NCBI GenBank assembly: GCA_044356455.1
Contig: JBIKWF010000052.1
Coordinates: forward strand, 1 to 28,410
Reading direction: 5' to 3'
DNA: 28,410 nt
Source: Bdellovibrionota bacterium
GTDB taxonomy: Bacteria; Bdellovibrionota_C; UBA2361; JBGSMV01
The notes beneath the pieces are model-generated. The model did not search any database. It was not told where the DNA came from and saw only the letters and a list, made by a program, of their open reading frames with translations. Below are positions 1-8,538 of the stretch, piece by piece (within the stretch, counting starts at the first letter, position 1; the number at the start of each line of letters is the position of its first letter). Made by a program: the position numbers and the translations under genes.

Positions 1-591
1 GAAAACCTCATCTCCCCTCTGCAAATCAATGCTTATATCGACCTTCTCACGGACATCAAAGAACCGGAAGCGGTAGTCAAAATCCATCCCGAAGAAGGGG
101 GAGACATGAAAGTCCTTCCTTAACGTTGCGGAATATTCTCCACGTTCACCTTGAACGGCTTCCACCACATAAACATACCGCTCGAAGAACGTATTATTTA
201 TCTCCACCGCGAGGTAGGCGAGTTTGCCGTCCTCCCCGTAGCAGAAATAGAAGCTTACAGGGGTAAAAACTCGCACTCCGCAGTAACGAGGGGTGGTAAC
301 GAGAATTACTTCCTTTAAAGGCTTGGAATATCCACGTTCAGCCAGGAGCCCCAGCAGCTTGGCGCGCAGGGGAACCCCTCCCCCTCCTAGATGGTCGTCA
401 TCATAAATGGAAAATGGGCGAAGCTCGTTATAGCCCAGCCATGAGGAACTTCTCCGAACTGAGCTTAGATCGTCAAGCGAGAAGACATGAAAGGTTAGGG
501 CATAGCTAAACTCATGACGAGCTGGCTTAAGGCGCGCATGGACTATCCTCACTCTTTGAAGAAATGCCGATTCAGATGAAGATATATTCAT
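1..591 (-). CDS. DUF1365 family protein (UfaO-like), runs off the window edge; not in the supplied ORF track
   Basis: Manual translation from ATG at 591 is open to position 1: MNISSSESAFLQRVRIVHARLKPARHEFSY...TTPRYCGVRVFTPVSFYFCY...VEINNTFFERYVY...KDFHVSPFF. The HxRxxP..HxFxY, PVSFYFCY, EINNT and KxFHVSPF motifs are typical of DUF1365, and the gene follows an FAD oxidoreductase as usual. Confidence 0.9.
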   Translation of the reverse strand, partial: MNISSSESAFLQRVRIVHARLKPARHEFSYALTFHVFSLDDLSSVRRSSSWLGYNELRPFSIYDDDHLGGGGVPLRAKLLGLLAERGYSKPLKEVILVTTPRYCGVRVFTPVSFYFCYGEDGKLAYLAVEINNTFFERYVYVVEAVQGERGEYSATLRKDFHVSPFFGMDFDYRFRFFDVREKVDISIDLQRGDEVF

Positions 592-679
592 GGACGCACT
601 ACGGAAACCTAAGGATCACCGAAAGGAGACGAAAATCGCCCCATATCCTTACAGAACTGTCCCAGTCTCAGAAGCCGCC

Positions 680-1954
680 TTAAAGTTCAATAGAAAACAA
701 CCGAGCCACTTCAACCGCTGACGCAACGGCATCCTCGTGAAAACCATACCCAAAATAACTGCCGCAGTAGTAGGTATTTCGCACGCCACTCAGTTTTCTT
801 AAAGCAGGCTGGGACGCTACTGAGCGCGGAGAGTATACAGGATGGGTGTATTCGGCCGCCTTTATTATTAAATCTTCTCGAATAGGTTTTCGGGGATTCA
901 GCGTAACCAAATAGCGCCGACTGGCACTAAGCCCCTGGAGTTGATTCATGTCATAGGTAACTGACACCGGCTCTGACCCCTCTTCCCCAACCTCTCGCCT
1001 GTAGTTCCAAGATGCCCAGGCGCGCTTAAGAGGGGGCATTAAGGATTCGTCGGTATGCAGAATCGTGGGATTTCTGCTGTAGGCCCAGGCTCCAAGAAGC
1101 GCACTTTCTTCAGGGGAAGGATCACCAAGCAGTTTTAAACTTTCATCGGCATGCGCCGCCAGAACCACTTTGTCGAAGGCTTCTTTCCTGCCATCATTAA
1201 AAATTAAAGTAGGCTTTTCCTCTGGCGCTCTAAGAACTTGAGCCACGGGCATGCCCACCTCTATCCTCCCCTTAAAACCACTCCGAAAGGCGTGCACATA
1301 GACGTGACTGCCCCCAATAACGGTCTGCCAGCGCGGCTGATTTGAGTAGGAAAGCCATCCATGATTCTCAAAGAACTTAAGAAACGTAGCTGCGGGGAAC
1401 TCTTCGATTCCCTTCGCCGGACTCGACCAAATCGCGGCACCAAGGGGCTTAATAAAATCGTTTACGAGCTCACGTGAGAATCGGTGGCGCGCAAGAAACT
1501 CCGCGAGGCTTTCACGAGAAGGAGTCGCTTTTTCCAACTCGCGCTTCGCGATGCGCCAGAACCTTGGCATTTGAGCGAGCATCCTTAGGTACGCAGGCTT
1601 TAGCAAGTTGCTGCGCTGGGCAAAGAGTCCATTGAAATTTCTACTTGCGTACTGAAGTCCAGACTCCTCGCAGTACACACTAAAGCTCATATCCGCATAA
1701 CGCACGGAAACGCCAAGTTGCTTTAGAAAAGTGGAGAAAAGCGGATACGTTTTGTCATTGAGAACAATAAACCCTGTATCAATCCCCTTTCCCTCATCAG
1801 GCCCACTTTGGAGAAGAACCGTATTGGTGTGGCCACCAACATATTTGTTCTTCTCAAAGAGAGTTACCTCGTGCTCGCGGCTTAGCAGATAGCTCGCAAC
1901 GATCCCAGAGACTCCTCCGCCAACTACTGCTATTCGCAATCTACTGGGTGACAT
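680..1954 (-). CDS. FAD-dependent oxidoreductase, amine oxidase superfamily (cfa-cluster type, UfaD-like)
   Basis: N-terminal IAVVGGGVSG dinucleotide fold, GGHTNT, IDTGFIVLNDKTYP, AWASWNY, YTHP and C-terminal GSYFGYGFHEDA. Confidence 0.9.
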   Translation of the reverse strand: MSPSRLRIAVVGGGVSGIVASYLLSREHEVTLFEKNKYVGGHTNTVLLQSGPDEGKGIDTGFIVLNDKTYPLFSTFLKQLGVSVRYADMSFSVYCEESGLQYASRNFNGLFAQRSNLLKPAYLRMLAQMPRFWRIAKRELEKATPSRESLAEFLARHRFSRELVNDFIKPLGAAIWSSPAKGIEEFPAATFLKFFENHGWLSYSNQPRWQTVIGGSHVYVHAFRSGFKGRIEVGMPVAQVLRAPEEKPTLIFNDGRKEAFDKVVLAAHADESLKLLGDPSPEESALLGAWAYSRNPTILHTDESLMPPLKRAWASWNYRREVGEEGSEPVSVTYDMNQLQGLSASRRYLVTLNPRKPIREDLIIKAAEYTHPVYSPRSVASQPALRKLSGVRNTYYCGSYFGYGFHEDAVASAVEVARLFSIEL

Positions 1955-1978
1955 ACCGGGTATCCTTCTGGTTTGTTA

Positions 1979-2109
1979 GGGAACTTCTGAAGAAGTCCAC
2001 TCTGTGAACTCTGTGCCCTCTGTGGTTGATTTAAATTGTTGAAAAACCACAGAGGACACAGAGATCACAGAGGAAGAAAAAGTAAATATCGAGGTTTTTC
2101 AGAAGCTCC
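1979..2109. mobile_element. MITE/REP-like element, copy 1 (most complete)
   Basis: Imperfect terminal inverted repeats (left GGAACTTCTGAAGAAG; right end reverse-complemented GGAGCTTCTGAAAAAC). Flanked by TTA on both sides (1976-1978, 2110-2112). Internal 28-bp inverted repeat (2000-2027 / 2045-2072, 2 mismatches), each arm three CTCTGTGNN units. Related copies at ~24251 and ~28231. Confidence 0.8.
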
Positions 2110-3147
2110 TTAGGTAGACTTCTTAAACAAATAATGCGCCACAAACCACTCTTCACCCGCCTTAAAGCCAAAAAGCTCGGCACAGGCTAGAAAAAATACC
2201 ATCCAGCGGTAATACCAGCGCTGCGCTTCTTTGGCTCCGTACACCGCAGTCAGTGCCTCGAGCACTTTAGCCCGGTTTTGCTTCTGTAGCCTCATCCATG
2301 CCCGCGCCGTCTTTTCATAGTGAGTCCCATTCACGCGCCAATGAGACTCAACTTGTAGATGTTCCTGAAAATGATAGAGCAACTCCTCCGACGGCATAAT
2401 TCCGCCCGTAAAGAAGTACCGGCCCATCCAGTTGCTTGCCCCCTCCGTCTCATAGGGGTAGGCGAAGGTGCGGTGGCAAAAAATGTGCACAAATAACTTC
2501 CCGCCGGGTGTCATCCAGGATGCAATGCGCGAGAGTAATTCTCGATAGTTTCGCATATGCTCAAACATCTCAACGGACACCACGCGATCGAATCGTTCTT
2601 CGGTTGAGAACTCGTTCATATCAGCGGTAATAATGCGCAGGTTCCGAAGTCCCCTTTCTTTTGCTCGCTCCTCAATGAAACAGCGCTGGCTGTTTGAGTT
2701 CGATACCCCGACTACTTGAGCGCGAGGAAAATGCTCGGCGATCCAAAGAGAAAAAGAGCCCCAGCCGCATCCAAGCTCAAGAATGCGCATCCCATCTTGA
2801 AGTTCTGCACGCTCGGAGCAGAGCCGAAGCATCGCAGCCTCTGCCTCATCAAGAGACGTGGTAGGCGACTCGAAATAGCAGCTCGAGTATTTTAGGTGTT
2901 TCCCGAGAACTTGCTGGAAGAATGCTGCAGTCACTTCATAATGCTGTTCATTCGCTTTCTCCGGGACAAGCGCAACCGGACTCGTGCGTAGCTCACTGAC
3001 GAACTTGTTAAAAGCCTCATACCGCACGTCTGGCGACATGCGCGCAATTTCATTAAAGCGCCCCCGCACCACCGAGCGCACGCCCTGCTGGACTAGCCAT
3101 TCAGGAAGGAGCCCTCGCTCCATCAGTTCGATTCCGAGCTTAAGCAT
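2110..3147 (-). CDS. cfa: Class I SAM-dependent methyltransferase, cyclopropane-fatty-acyl-phospholipid synthase family
   Basis: ANEQHYE, KYSSCYF, ILELGCGWGS (SAM motif I), FDRVVSVEMFEHM, YFFTGGIMPS and HYEKT motifs. Confidence 0.88.
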   Translation of the reverse strand: MLKLGIELMERGLLPEWLVQQGVRSVVRGRFNEIARMSPDVRYEAFNKFVSELRTSPVALVPEKANEQHYEVTAAFFQQVLGKHLKYSSCYFESPTTSLDEAEAAMLRLCSERAELQDGMRILELGCGWGSFSLWIAEHFPRAQVVGVSNSNSQRCFIEERAKERGLRNLRIITADMNEFSTEERFDRVVSVEMFEHMRNYRELLSRIASWMTPGGKLFVHIFCHRTFAYPYETEGASNWMGRYFFTGGIMPSEELLYHFQEHLQVESHWRVNGTHYEKTARAWMRLQKQNRAKVLEALTAVYGAKEAQRWYYRWMVFFLACAELFGFKAGEEWFVAHYLFKKST

Positions 3148-3958
3148 TTGACTCCTTCTCTTGATAACGTGGGAACCACGGGAAAAAAGCGTTGGTACTC
3201 TGCTGGTATTCTCGATACGCAGTTCCTCGCGACTGGAGGGTCCTCGCTTCTGTTGCGGGAATGCCCGTGAGATAGCGAAGGAAATAATACATGATCATAG
3301 GACCGAGTAGCGTAAGAAATCCCCAGGGAGACAAAATGCCAAGTGCCACGTAACTCCACCAATAAACCCACTCGAAAAAATAGTTCGGATGCCTTGAATA
3401 TCTCCAGAGCCCGTGACAACACACACGGCCTCGGTTTCGGGGATCCGCTCTAAATTTACGAAGCTGACTGTCGGCAATACTTTCTCCAAGCATGGAGAGC
3501 GCGAAGAGAGCGAACGCTACCACCGTCTGCCAGAATGATGGAGATTGCGAACTTACGCAGATTACTAGGAAAGGAATCGAAAGAATCACAGAGAGGAGCG
3601 CTTGAGCCTGGAACAGAAAGAAAAAATTCCGCTGAGCCTTTGTGCCCCACCCCTCGCGAAGCGCAAGGTAGCGCTCGTCTTCTCCCGGAACAAGGACTCG
3701 ATGCCAAAACAAATATCCCCCAAGGCGAAGGCTCCAAAGCACCCCAAAAAAGGCAACGCAAATTCGGCCCAGGATTTCCCCGTCCATCAGGAGGGCATAG
3801 GCACACGCCAAGCATCCCAGTGATCCTGCCCATCCCACATCGACAATATCAGCCTCCCTGCGCCGGCGCTGAATGCCCCAGAGCAGAAGCTGCAAAGTGG
3901 CGCAAAATAACCAGGCAACGCCAATCGCCCCCAAGAGCTGAGCGTCAAGAATTAACAT
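3140..3958 (-). CDS. DUF1295 family membrane protein (steroid 5-alpha-reductase-like)
   Basis: IVDVGW, EDERY, ESIADSQL, GLWRYSRHPNYFFEW, TGIP and YREYQQST..FFPW motifs; several TM segments; 8-bp overlap with the methyltransferase gene. Confidence 0.9.
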   Translation of the reverse strand: MLILDAQLLGAIGVAWLFCATLQLLLWGIQRRRREADIVDVGWAGSLGCLACAYALLMDGEILGRICVAFFGVLWSLRLGGYLFWHRVLVPGEDERYLALREGWGTKAQRNFFFLFQAQALLSVILSIPFLVICVSSQSPSFWQTVVAFALFALSMLGESIADSQLRKFRADPRNRGRVCCHGLWRYSRHPNYFFEWVYWWSYVALGILSPWGFLTLLGPMIMYYFLRYLTGIPATEARTLQSRGTAYREYQQSTNAFFPWFPRYQEKESNA

Positions 3959-3961
3959 ATC

Positions 3962-5356
3962 CTACTCTGCTTTTTGCACGCCCCTTAAGGATTCATGCTG
4001 CGCTCGGTCAAGGGTGTACCCCCTGAGCACCAATATGGACAAAAGATTACAAACGCAGGGCACGCCCGCATACAACATGACGAGCATGGTCAAAGCAAAG
4101 CCCTCCGGAGCAGCCCCTCCTTTGTACCCGGCCCACGCAAGAAGGGGAAATGAAAGCCCTGCGCCCAGGGCCTCTGAAAGCTTCTTCGCAACCGACCAAA
4201 GACCCACAAACTGCCCCTCACGACGCTGACCACACTCAGACTCATCCAAATCTATCACGTCGGCCTGCATAGAAACGGGAAGGGCCATGGTTCCTGTGAG
4301 TCCTATGCCGGAGACCCCAACTAGTACTCCGTACCAAAGCTCATCGCCTTGTCCGAGTGCCAGCACCCCTGCAAACGCTCCTGTATTAATCAGCATCGAC
4401 GCAATCCAGGCGTTCTTTTTGCCCCATTGTGCTGCCACTCGTGGCCAGATTGGAGAACACAAGAAGCCGACGACAAAATACAACAGCAGAAACTGTCCAC
4501 CGCGCGCAGAACCGAGCACATGCTCAACAAAAAAGAAGATGAGGGTAGCAGGCAGAGAGGCGCCGAATCCACTAATCAGGTAGGATATCAAAAGAATACG
4601 AAAAGGCTTATTTCGCAGGCTCTCGAGCAGCCCACGGAGGAATCCGCCGTGTACTTGAGGCACTGCGGGTCGCTCTCGAACCGAATATACGCACCAGGCA
4701 AATGGACCGAGCACGAGCGGCACATACACAAGGCTAAGCAGCGAGAAGGATTCACTCGGAGAGCTCGCGAAAGTGCGCAAAATCTCCGGTATTACGACCG
4801 CAAGTAACGTACCAACAATAAAAAAAGCAATTCGAATTGAGAAGAGACGATTCCTTTCATTAAAGTCGAATGAGAGCTCGGCTCCCAAGGCCTCGTAGGG
4901 AACGTTTACCAGAGACCACAGAATAAAAAAGATAAAAGTAAAAGCCGCGAAGAAGTGGAGGGGATATTCACTCCCTACGGTAAGTCCTGGGTTGAGCAAC
5001 AACCAAAAGCAGCCAACAAGCAAAGGAGTGCCAATCGCGAGAAAGGGTAGGCGGCGCCCAAAGCGACTCACGGCGCTATCAGACCAGCGACCAATTGCGG
5101 GATCAATCAATGCATCAAAGACTCGCGAACCCAATATCACTGCGCCAAGCAGAGAGAGATCAACGCCCAATACGTCGACATAAAATTTTGGTAAATATAC
5201 GTAAAAAGCAATCCCAAGCAGCGCAAGGCTAAATGCCGGGCAGCCATAGGCCACCATCTCCTTGAGACTAAGGGCGCGCTTAAAAGATTGAAACTGAGGA
5301 GGGCGGGGGGTGTTCAGATAACATCCTACAATCAACGAATTCGAATATCGAAACAC
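3962..5356 (-). CDS. MFS transporter, GPH (MelB-like) family
   Basis: About 12 hydrophobic segments; RVFDALIDPAIGRWSD..SRFGRR.PF, NVPYEALGAELS...ER, MQADVIDLDE...G.RREG.F motifs. Start uncertain: GTG 5356, or TTG 5335 overlapping the upstream stop. Confidence 0.88.
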   Translation of the reverse strand: MFRYSNSLIVGCYLNTPRPPQFQSFKRALSLKEMVAYGCPAFSLALLGIAFYVYLPKFYVDVLGVDLSLLGAVILGSRVFDALIDPAIGRWSDSAVSRFGRRLPFLAIGTPLLVGCFWLLLNPGLTVGSEYPLHFFAAFTFIFFILWSLVNVPYEALGAELSFDFNERNRLFSIRIAFFIVGTLLAVVIPEILRTFASSPSESFSLLSLVYVPLVLGPFAWCVYSVRERPAVPQVHGGFLRGLLESLRNKPFRILLISYLISGFGASLPATLIFFFVEHVLGSARGGQFLLLYFVVGFLCSPIWPRVAAQWGKKNAWIASMLINTGAFAGVLALGQGDELWYGVLVGVSGIGLTGTMALPVSMQADVIDLDESECGQRREGQFVGLWSVAKKLSEALGAGLSFPLLAWAGYKGGAAPEGFALTMLVMLYAGVPCVCNLLSILVLRGYTLDRAQHESLRGVQKAE

Positions 5357-6009
5357 TCAGTGAGCCATCTCGGCACCGCATCTAAACTTGGAAGAATCAC
5401 GCGCGCTACGCACTGAATGTCGCTTGAAGGCTGCAACAGATCGGGAATCATCACAGGGACCATCCCCGCAGCATGAGCGCCCCGAATCCCCATCTCTGAA
5501 TCCTCTAGCACTACGCAGTGTTCCGGAAGCACGCCTAGCTTCTTCGCCGCCGCCAAGAATATATCTGGTGCTGGCTTGCTATGAGTGACCTCATCGCCGC
5601 CCACGAGATCGCTAAAAAAAGTATCGAGCTGCGTGGACACAAGACGCTGCTGTGCCACTTGACGCCGGGTGGAAGTTGCTACGATTCTAGGGAGAGCAAG
5701 CTGAACCGTGAAATTAAGAAGTTCATGTGCACCTGGCTTTACCTCGATAGGGACCTCCCCAAAATAACGCGCCTCTCGAGAACTTAGCTCAGCATTCAGC
5801 ATCTCCTGAGAAAGCGAAGGCCCAAAGAGCTCAGATACCTTTGCCAGCGCACCTTTTCGTCCCCTGCCTAAGAGCTGAAGAAACAACTCATGGGTAAGTG
5901 TGAATCCGAAAACGGCAAGAGAATCTCTCCAAACCCGCTCATACACAGGCTCCGTATCGAGGAGTAGGCCGTCCATGTCAAAGATAAGCGCTTTTAGCGG
6001 TGCTTTCAT
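5332..6009 (-). CDS. HAD-superfamily phosphatase (beta-PGM/CbbY-like)
   Basis: Motif I FDMDGLLLDTE, ATST, KPAPDIF, LEDSEMGIRGAHAAGM. Confidence 0.92.
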   Translation of the reverse strand: MKAPLKALIFDMDGLLLDTEPVYERVWRDSLAVFGFTLTHELFLQLLGRGRKGALAKVSELFGPSLSQEMLNAELSSREARYFGEVPIEVKPGAHELLNFTVQLALPRIVATSTRRQVAQQRLVSTQLDTFFSDLVGGDEVTHSKPAPDIFLAAAKKLGVLPEHCVVLEDSEMGIRGAHAAGMVPVMIPDLLQPSSDIQCVARVILPSLDAVPRWLTECFDIRIR

Positions 6010-6248
6010 AGTAGCAGGATGATAGCCGGGGAAGCGTTTTAATCAAAAGGCCCCCTTTACCCTTTTCTCAGCCTTTTTCAAATTTCGGGCTAGGCTGGCT
6101 TGCCCCGTTGCCACCACAACATGGAATAGAGTGGTAGAAAAATCCTACGGGACGGACTCCTCCTGTATTTCATTAGAGTCTCTACGACTTCTTCCGAGAC
6201 GCGAGTATGACTATCATTGATTTATAAGGCTTAGCACCGACAACTCTC

Positions 6249-7049
6249 ATGCTTCAACGAATTCTGCCGATTCCTCCTATGAGAGTGAGAACCCGAAGTT
6301 GCTGTATGGAAGAGAGAGTAGCAAAGCCTAGGTCATCGAGAGACAGTAGGTCTCGAGGCGGGATCGCGGTTGAATTTGCCTTTGTAGCCCCCGTTCTGTT
6401 CACCCTGATGGCAGGGGCCTTCGAACTCAGCCGAGTGGTATTCAACTACCAAGTGGTACTTGCTGCGGCTTATGAAGGCGCCCGGGCAGCCTCCCAAATT
6501 GACCCCGCGGCCCTAGGTAAAGGCTGTTTCGGAGCCACTGGGCTCGACCATGACTCCGCGGCCAGCGGTTCACCAGAACGAATGGTTATGGACCGCGTTG
6601 AATATCTCCTCAACCTTCAGGGAGACTCGATTTCTCTTGAAGCACCCCAGATTTCAGCAGAAATAGTAAAGTCGGGAAACGGGCAGGCCCTTTCAGCCTC
6701 GGAATCTTGCTCTTCGGCATCGAAAGAGAACACCATTGCTATCCGTATTCGAGGAAACTATCGACCAGCGATCCTATCCTTTCTCTCAGTCCCCCTTAGC
6801 GTGGAATCGCGAGCGTATCTCCTTGCAAATAATCAAACCTTTGCGACCGCCACAAACCCCACCCCCAAGGGCTCCTGCGGCGGCGTCTCGAGCGGAAGCT
6901 ACACAGCATCGAATAGCAACAACCTAGCGATGGAAGAGGCGGGTGGCGGTATGCAGATAGCCGCGGTAACCTCCGGCCCCGCAGAGATGAGCACTCTTTG
7001 CAACTTTTCATCTCACAATCCTGCGACGGGAATCGAAATTTCGGAGTGA
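6249..7049 (+). CDS. tadE: TadE/TadG-like minor pilin (pseudopilin)
   Basis: Prepilin site RG|GIAVEF (Glu at +5), hydrophobic helix, then AAYEGARAAS. The true start may be ATG 6306. Confidence 0.8.
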   Translation: MLQRILPIPPMRVRTRSCCMEERVAKPRSSRDSRSRGGIAVEFAFVAPVLFTLMAGAFELSRVVFNYQVVLAAAYEGARAASQIDPAALGKGCFGATGLDHDSAASGSPERMVMDRVEYLLNLQGDSISLEAPQISAEIVKSGNGQALSASESCSSASKENTIAIRIRGNYRPAILSFLSVPLSVESRAYLLANNQTFATATNPTPKGSCGGVSSGSYTASNSNNLAMEEAGGGMQIAAVTSGPAEMSTLCNFSSHNPATGIEISE

Positions 7050-7175
7050 GGAATTTAGCTTTTTACTTGCACGCGAGCATGCTAGTAATAACAGCAAATT
7101 CGGGTAATTAAAGAAAGTTTATCCCCCCCCCTACCCGCGAGCCGCCACCAAAATTCGCGTTAGCCAATCCTTAAA

Positions 7176-8519
7176 ATGAAACATAGAGAGAAAAACCTGG
7201 CGTTCTCTAGCAAGCGACTTAAGACTCGCGCCGGCGGCCTTCAGCTATGGATTCAAAGAGGCGCCTCGTTCATTGAATTCGTAGCCATCTTTCCTGTGCT
7301 TTTTTTCTTTGTTGTTGGGCTGATAGATATCGTTCGCTATTGGGCTGTCCGAATTGTTATTCAAGCAGGCGTCGATCGCGCCTCTGTGGTGGCCTCGCGC
7401 CTTTCCGGCTTAGATTCTGACGTTAAGGTATATGGAGGCCTCGATGGCCTCAACGAGTTCAATCAGGAAGAATCACTTTCAGCAGACCGCAGCGAACTAC
7501 GCTCATTCATTTTGGCTCGCGACGAGGTGCTCCGAGAAGCTGCCAAGTTTCCACTTGCCTATATGGTTGGAAGCGCGAACTCATCAACTCTTGTGCATTT
7601 TAAAGGCATACGAGCCAGTCTTTCAAACGGGCCAGAAGATAGTATTCTGGGGACTCCCCCTACCACTTATAATGCCGCTCTTTTGCGACCAGGTGACAGG
7701 TACCAGCGCACTTCCGATTCTTCTTGGATTGAGCACCCCGGCAATCAAGATTCCCAGGTATGTGATTTATCGGTGGACGAAGCGGACCTTCCCTTTGATT
7801 CATGTCAGATGTCGACCACGCTCGAGCGCGCACTCCGTATCTATCCTGTAGTACTGCACGCCGAGATTCAATTCGGGTGGATCACCCCCTTTCTTTCGCC
7901 AACAACCATGACGGTCACAAGTGCCGCCTATCGCGAGGCACTTTGGTCAGGGGCTGTCCAAGAGCCATTTTTGCCGCCACCGCTTCCTCCGACTGAAACA
8001 CCAACTATCACGGCAACACCCACGATCACGAATACGCCGCTTCCCTCCTCGACCCCAACGGTTACGAGAACTCCGACTATTACGAACACTCCCACCGTCA
8101 CGATGACCCGTACGGCGACACTGACTCCAACTATTACTCAGACGCCGACTATTACCGCGACAGCGACTCAGACCAGCACTATTACTTCGACACCTACGAT
8201 CACTCAGACTCCGACTACGACACCAACAAGAACCATCACCCCGACTCCCACTATTACTCTTACTCCAACAATAACCAGCACTCCGACAAACACCTCGACA
8301 CGCACCTCGACACCCACGATCACTCAAACTCCGACTATCACTCAAACTCCGACTATCACTCAAACTCCAACTCAAACCCTCACACCGACAATTACTTCAA
8401 CCCCAACGGTGACCAGAACAGCGACATCAACCGGTACGGCAACACCAACGCGAACTAACACCCCTATCCCTATCGCACCGACCATGACACCAACGCCTGA
8501 TTTTGATTTCCCAGTGTAA
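7176..8519 (+). CDS. tadE: TadE-like minor pilin with a C-terminal Thr/Pro-rich low-complexity tail
   Basis: Prepilin site QRG|ASFIEF (Glu at +5), TM helix [17 protein letters not shown], and about 170 aa of TPTxTx repeats at the C-terminus. Confidence 0.78.
   Translation: MKHREKNLAFSSKRLKTRAGGLQLWIQRGASFIEFVAIFPVLFFFVVGLIDIVRYWAVRIVIQAGVDRASVVASRLSGLDSDVKVYGGLDGLNEFNQEESLSADRSELRSFILARDEVLREAAKFPLAYMVGSANSSTLVHFKGIRASLSNGPEDSILGTPPTTYNAALLRPGDRYQRTSDSSWIEHPGNQDSQVCDLSVDEADLPFDSCQMSTTLERALRIYPVVLHAEIQFGWITPFLSPTTMTVTSAAYREALWSGAVQEPFLPPPLPPTETPTITATPTITNTPLPSSTPTVTRTPTITNTPTVTMTRTATLTPTITQTPTITATATQTSTITSTPTITQTPTTTPTRTITPTPTITLTPTITSTPTNTSTRTSTPTITQTPTITQTPTITQTPTQTLTPTITSTPTVTRTATSTGTATPTRTNTPIPIAPTMTPTPDFDFPV
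7993..8497 (+). repeat. Degenerate 18-bp (6-codon) tandem repeat encoding TPT(I/V)Tx
   Basis: Near-perfect ACTATCACTCAAACTCCG copies around 8316-8370 within a long degenerate array. Confidence 0.85.
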
Positions 8520-8538
8520 GATTCTCCAATGGAACCCT

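Noticed and set aside
5280..5335. Possible frameshift at the MFS start (out-of-frame ATG just after the HAD stop, near a C6 run)
   Set aside because: In-frame GTG 5356 and TTG 5335 starts exist, so no frameshift is required; it cannot be resolved without reads.
7947..8375. 142-aa minus-strand ORF with SRSLSD repeats
   Set aside because: Antisense shadow of the Thr/Pro repeat in the tadE gene.
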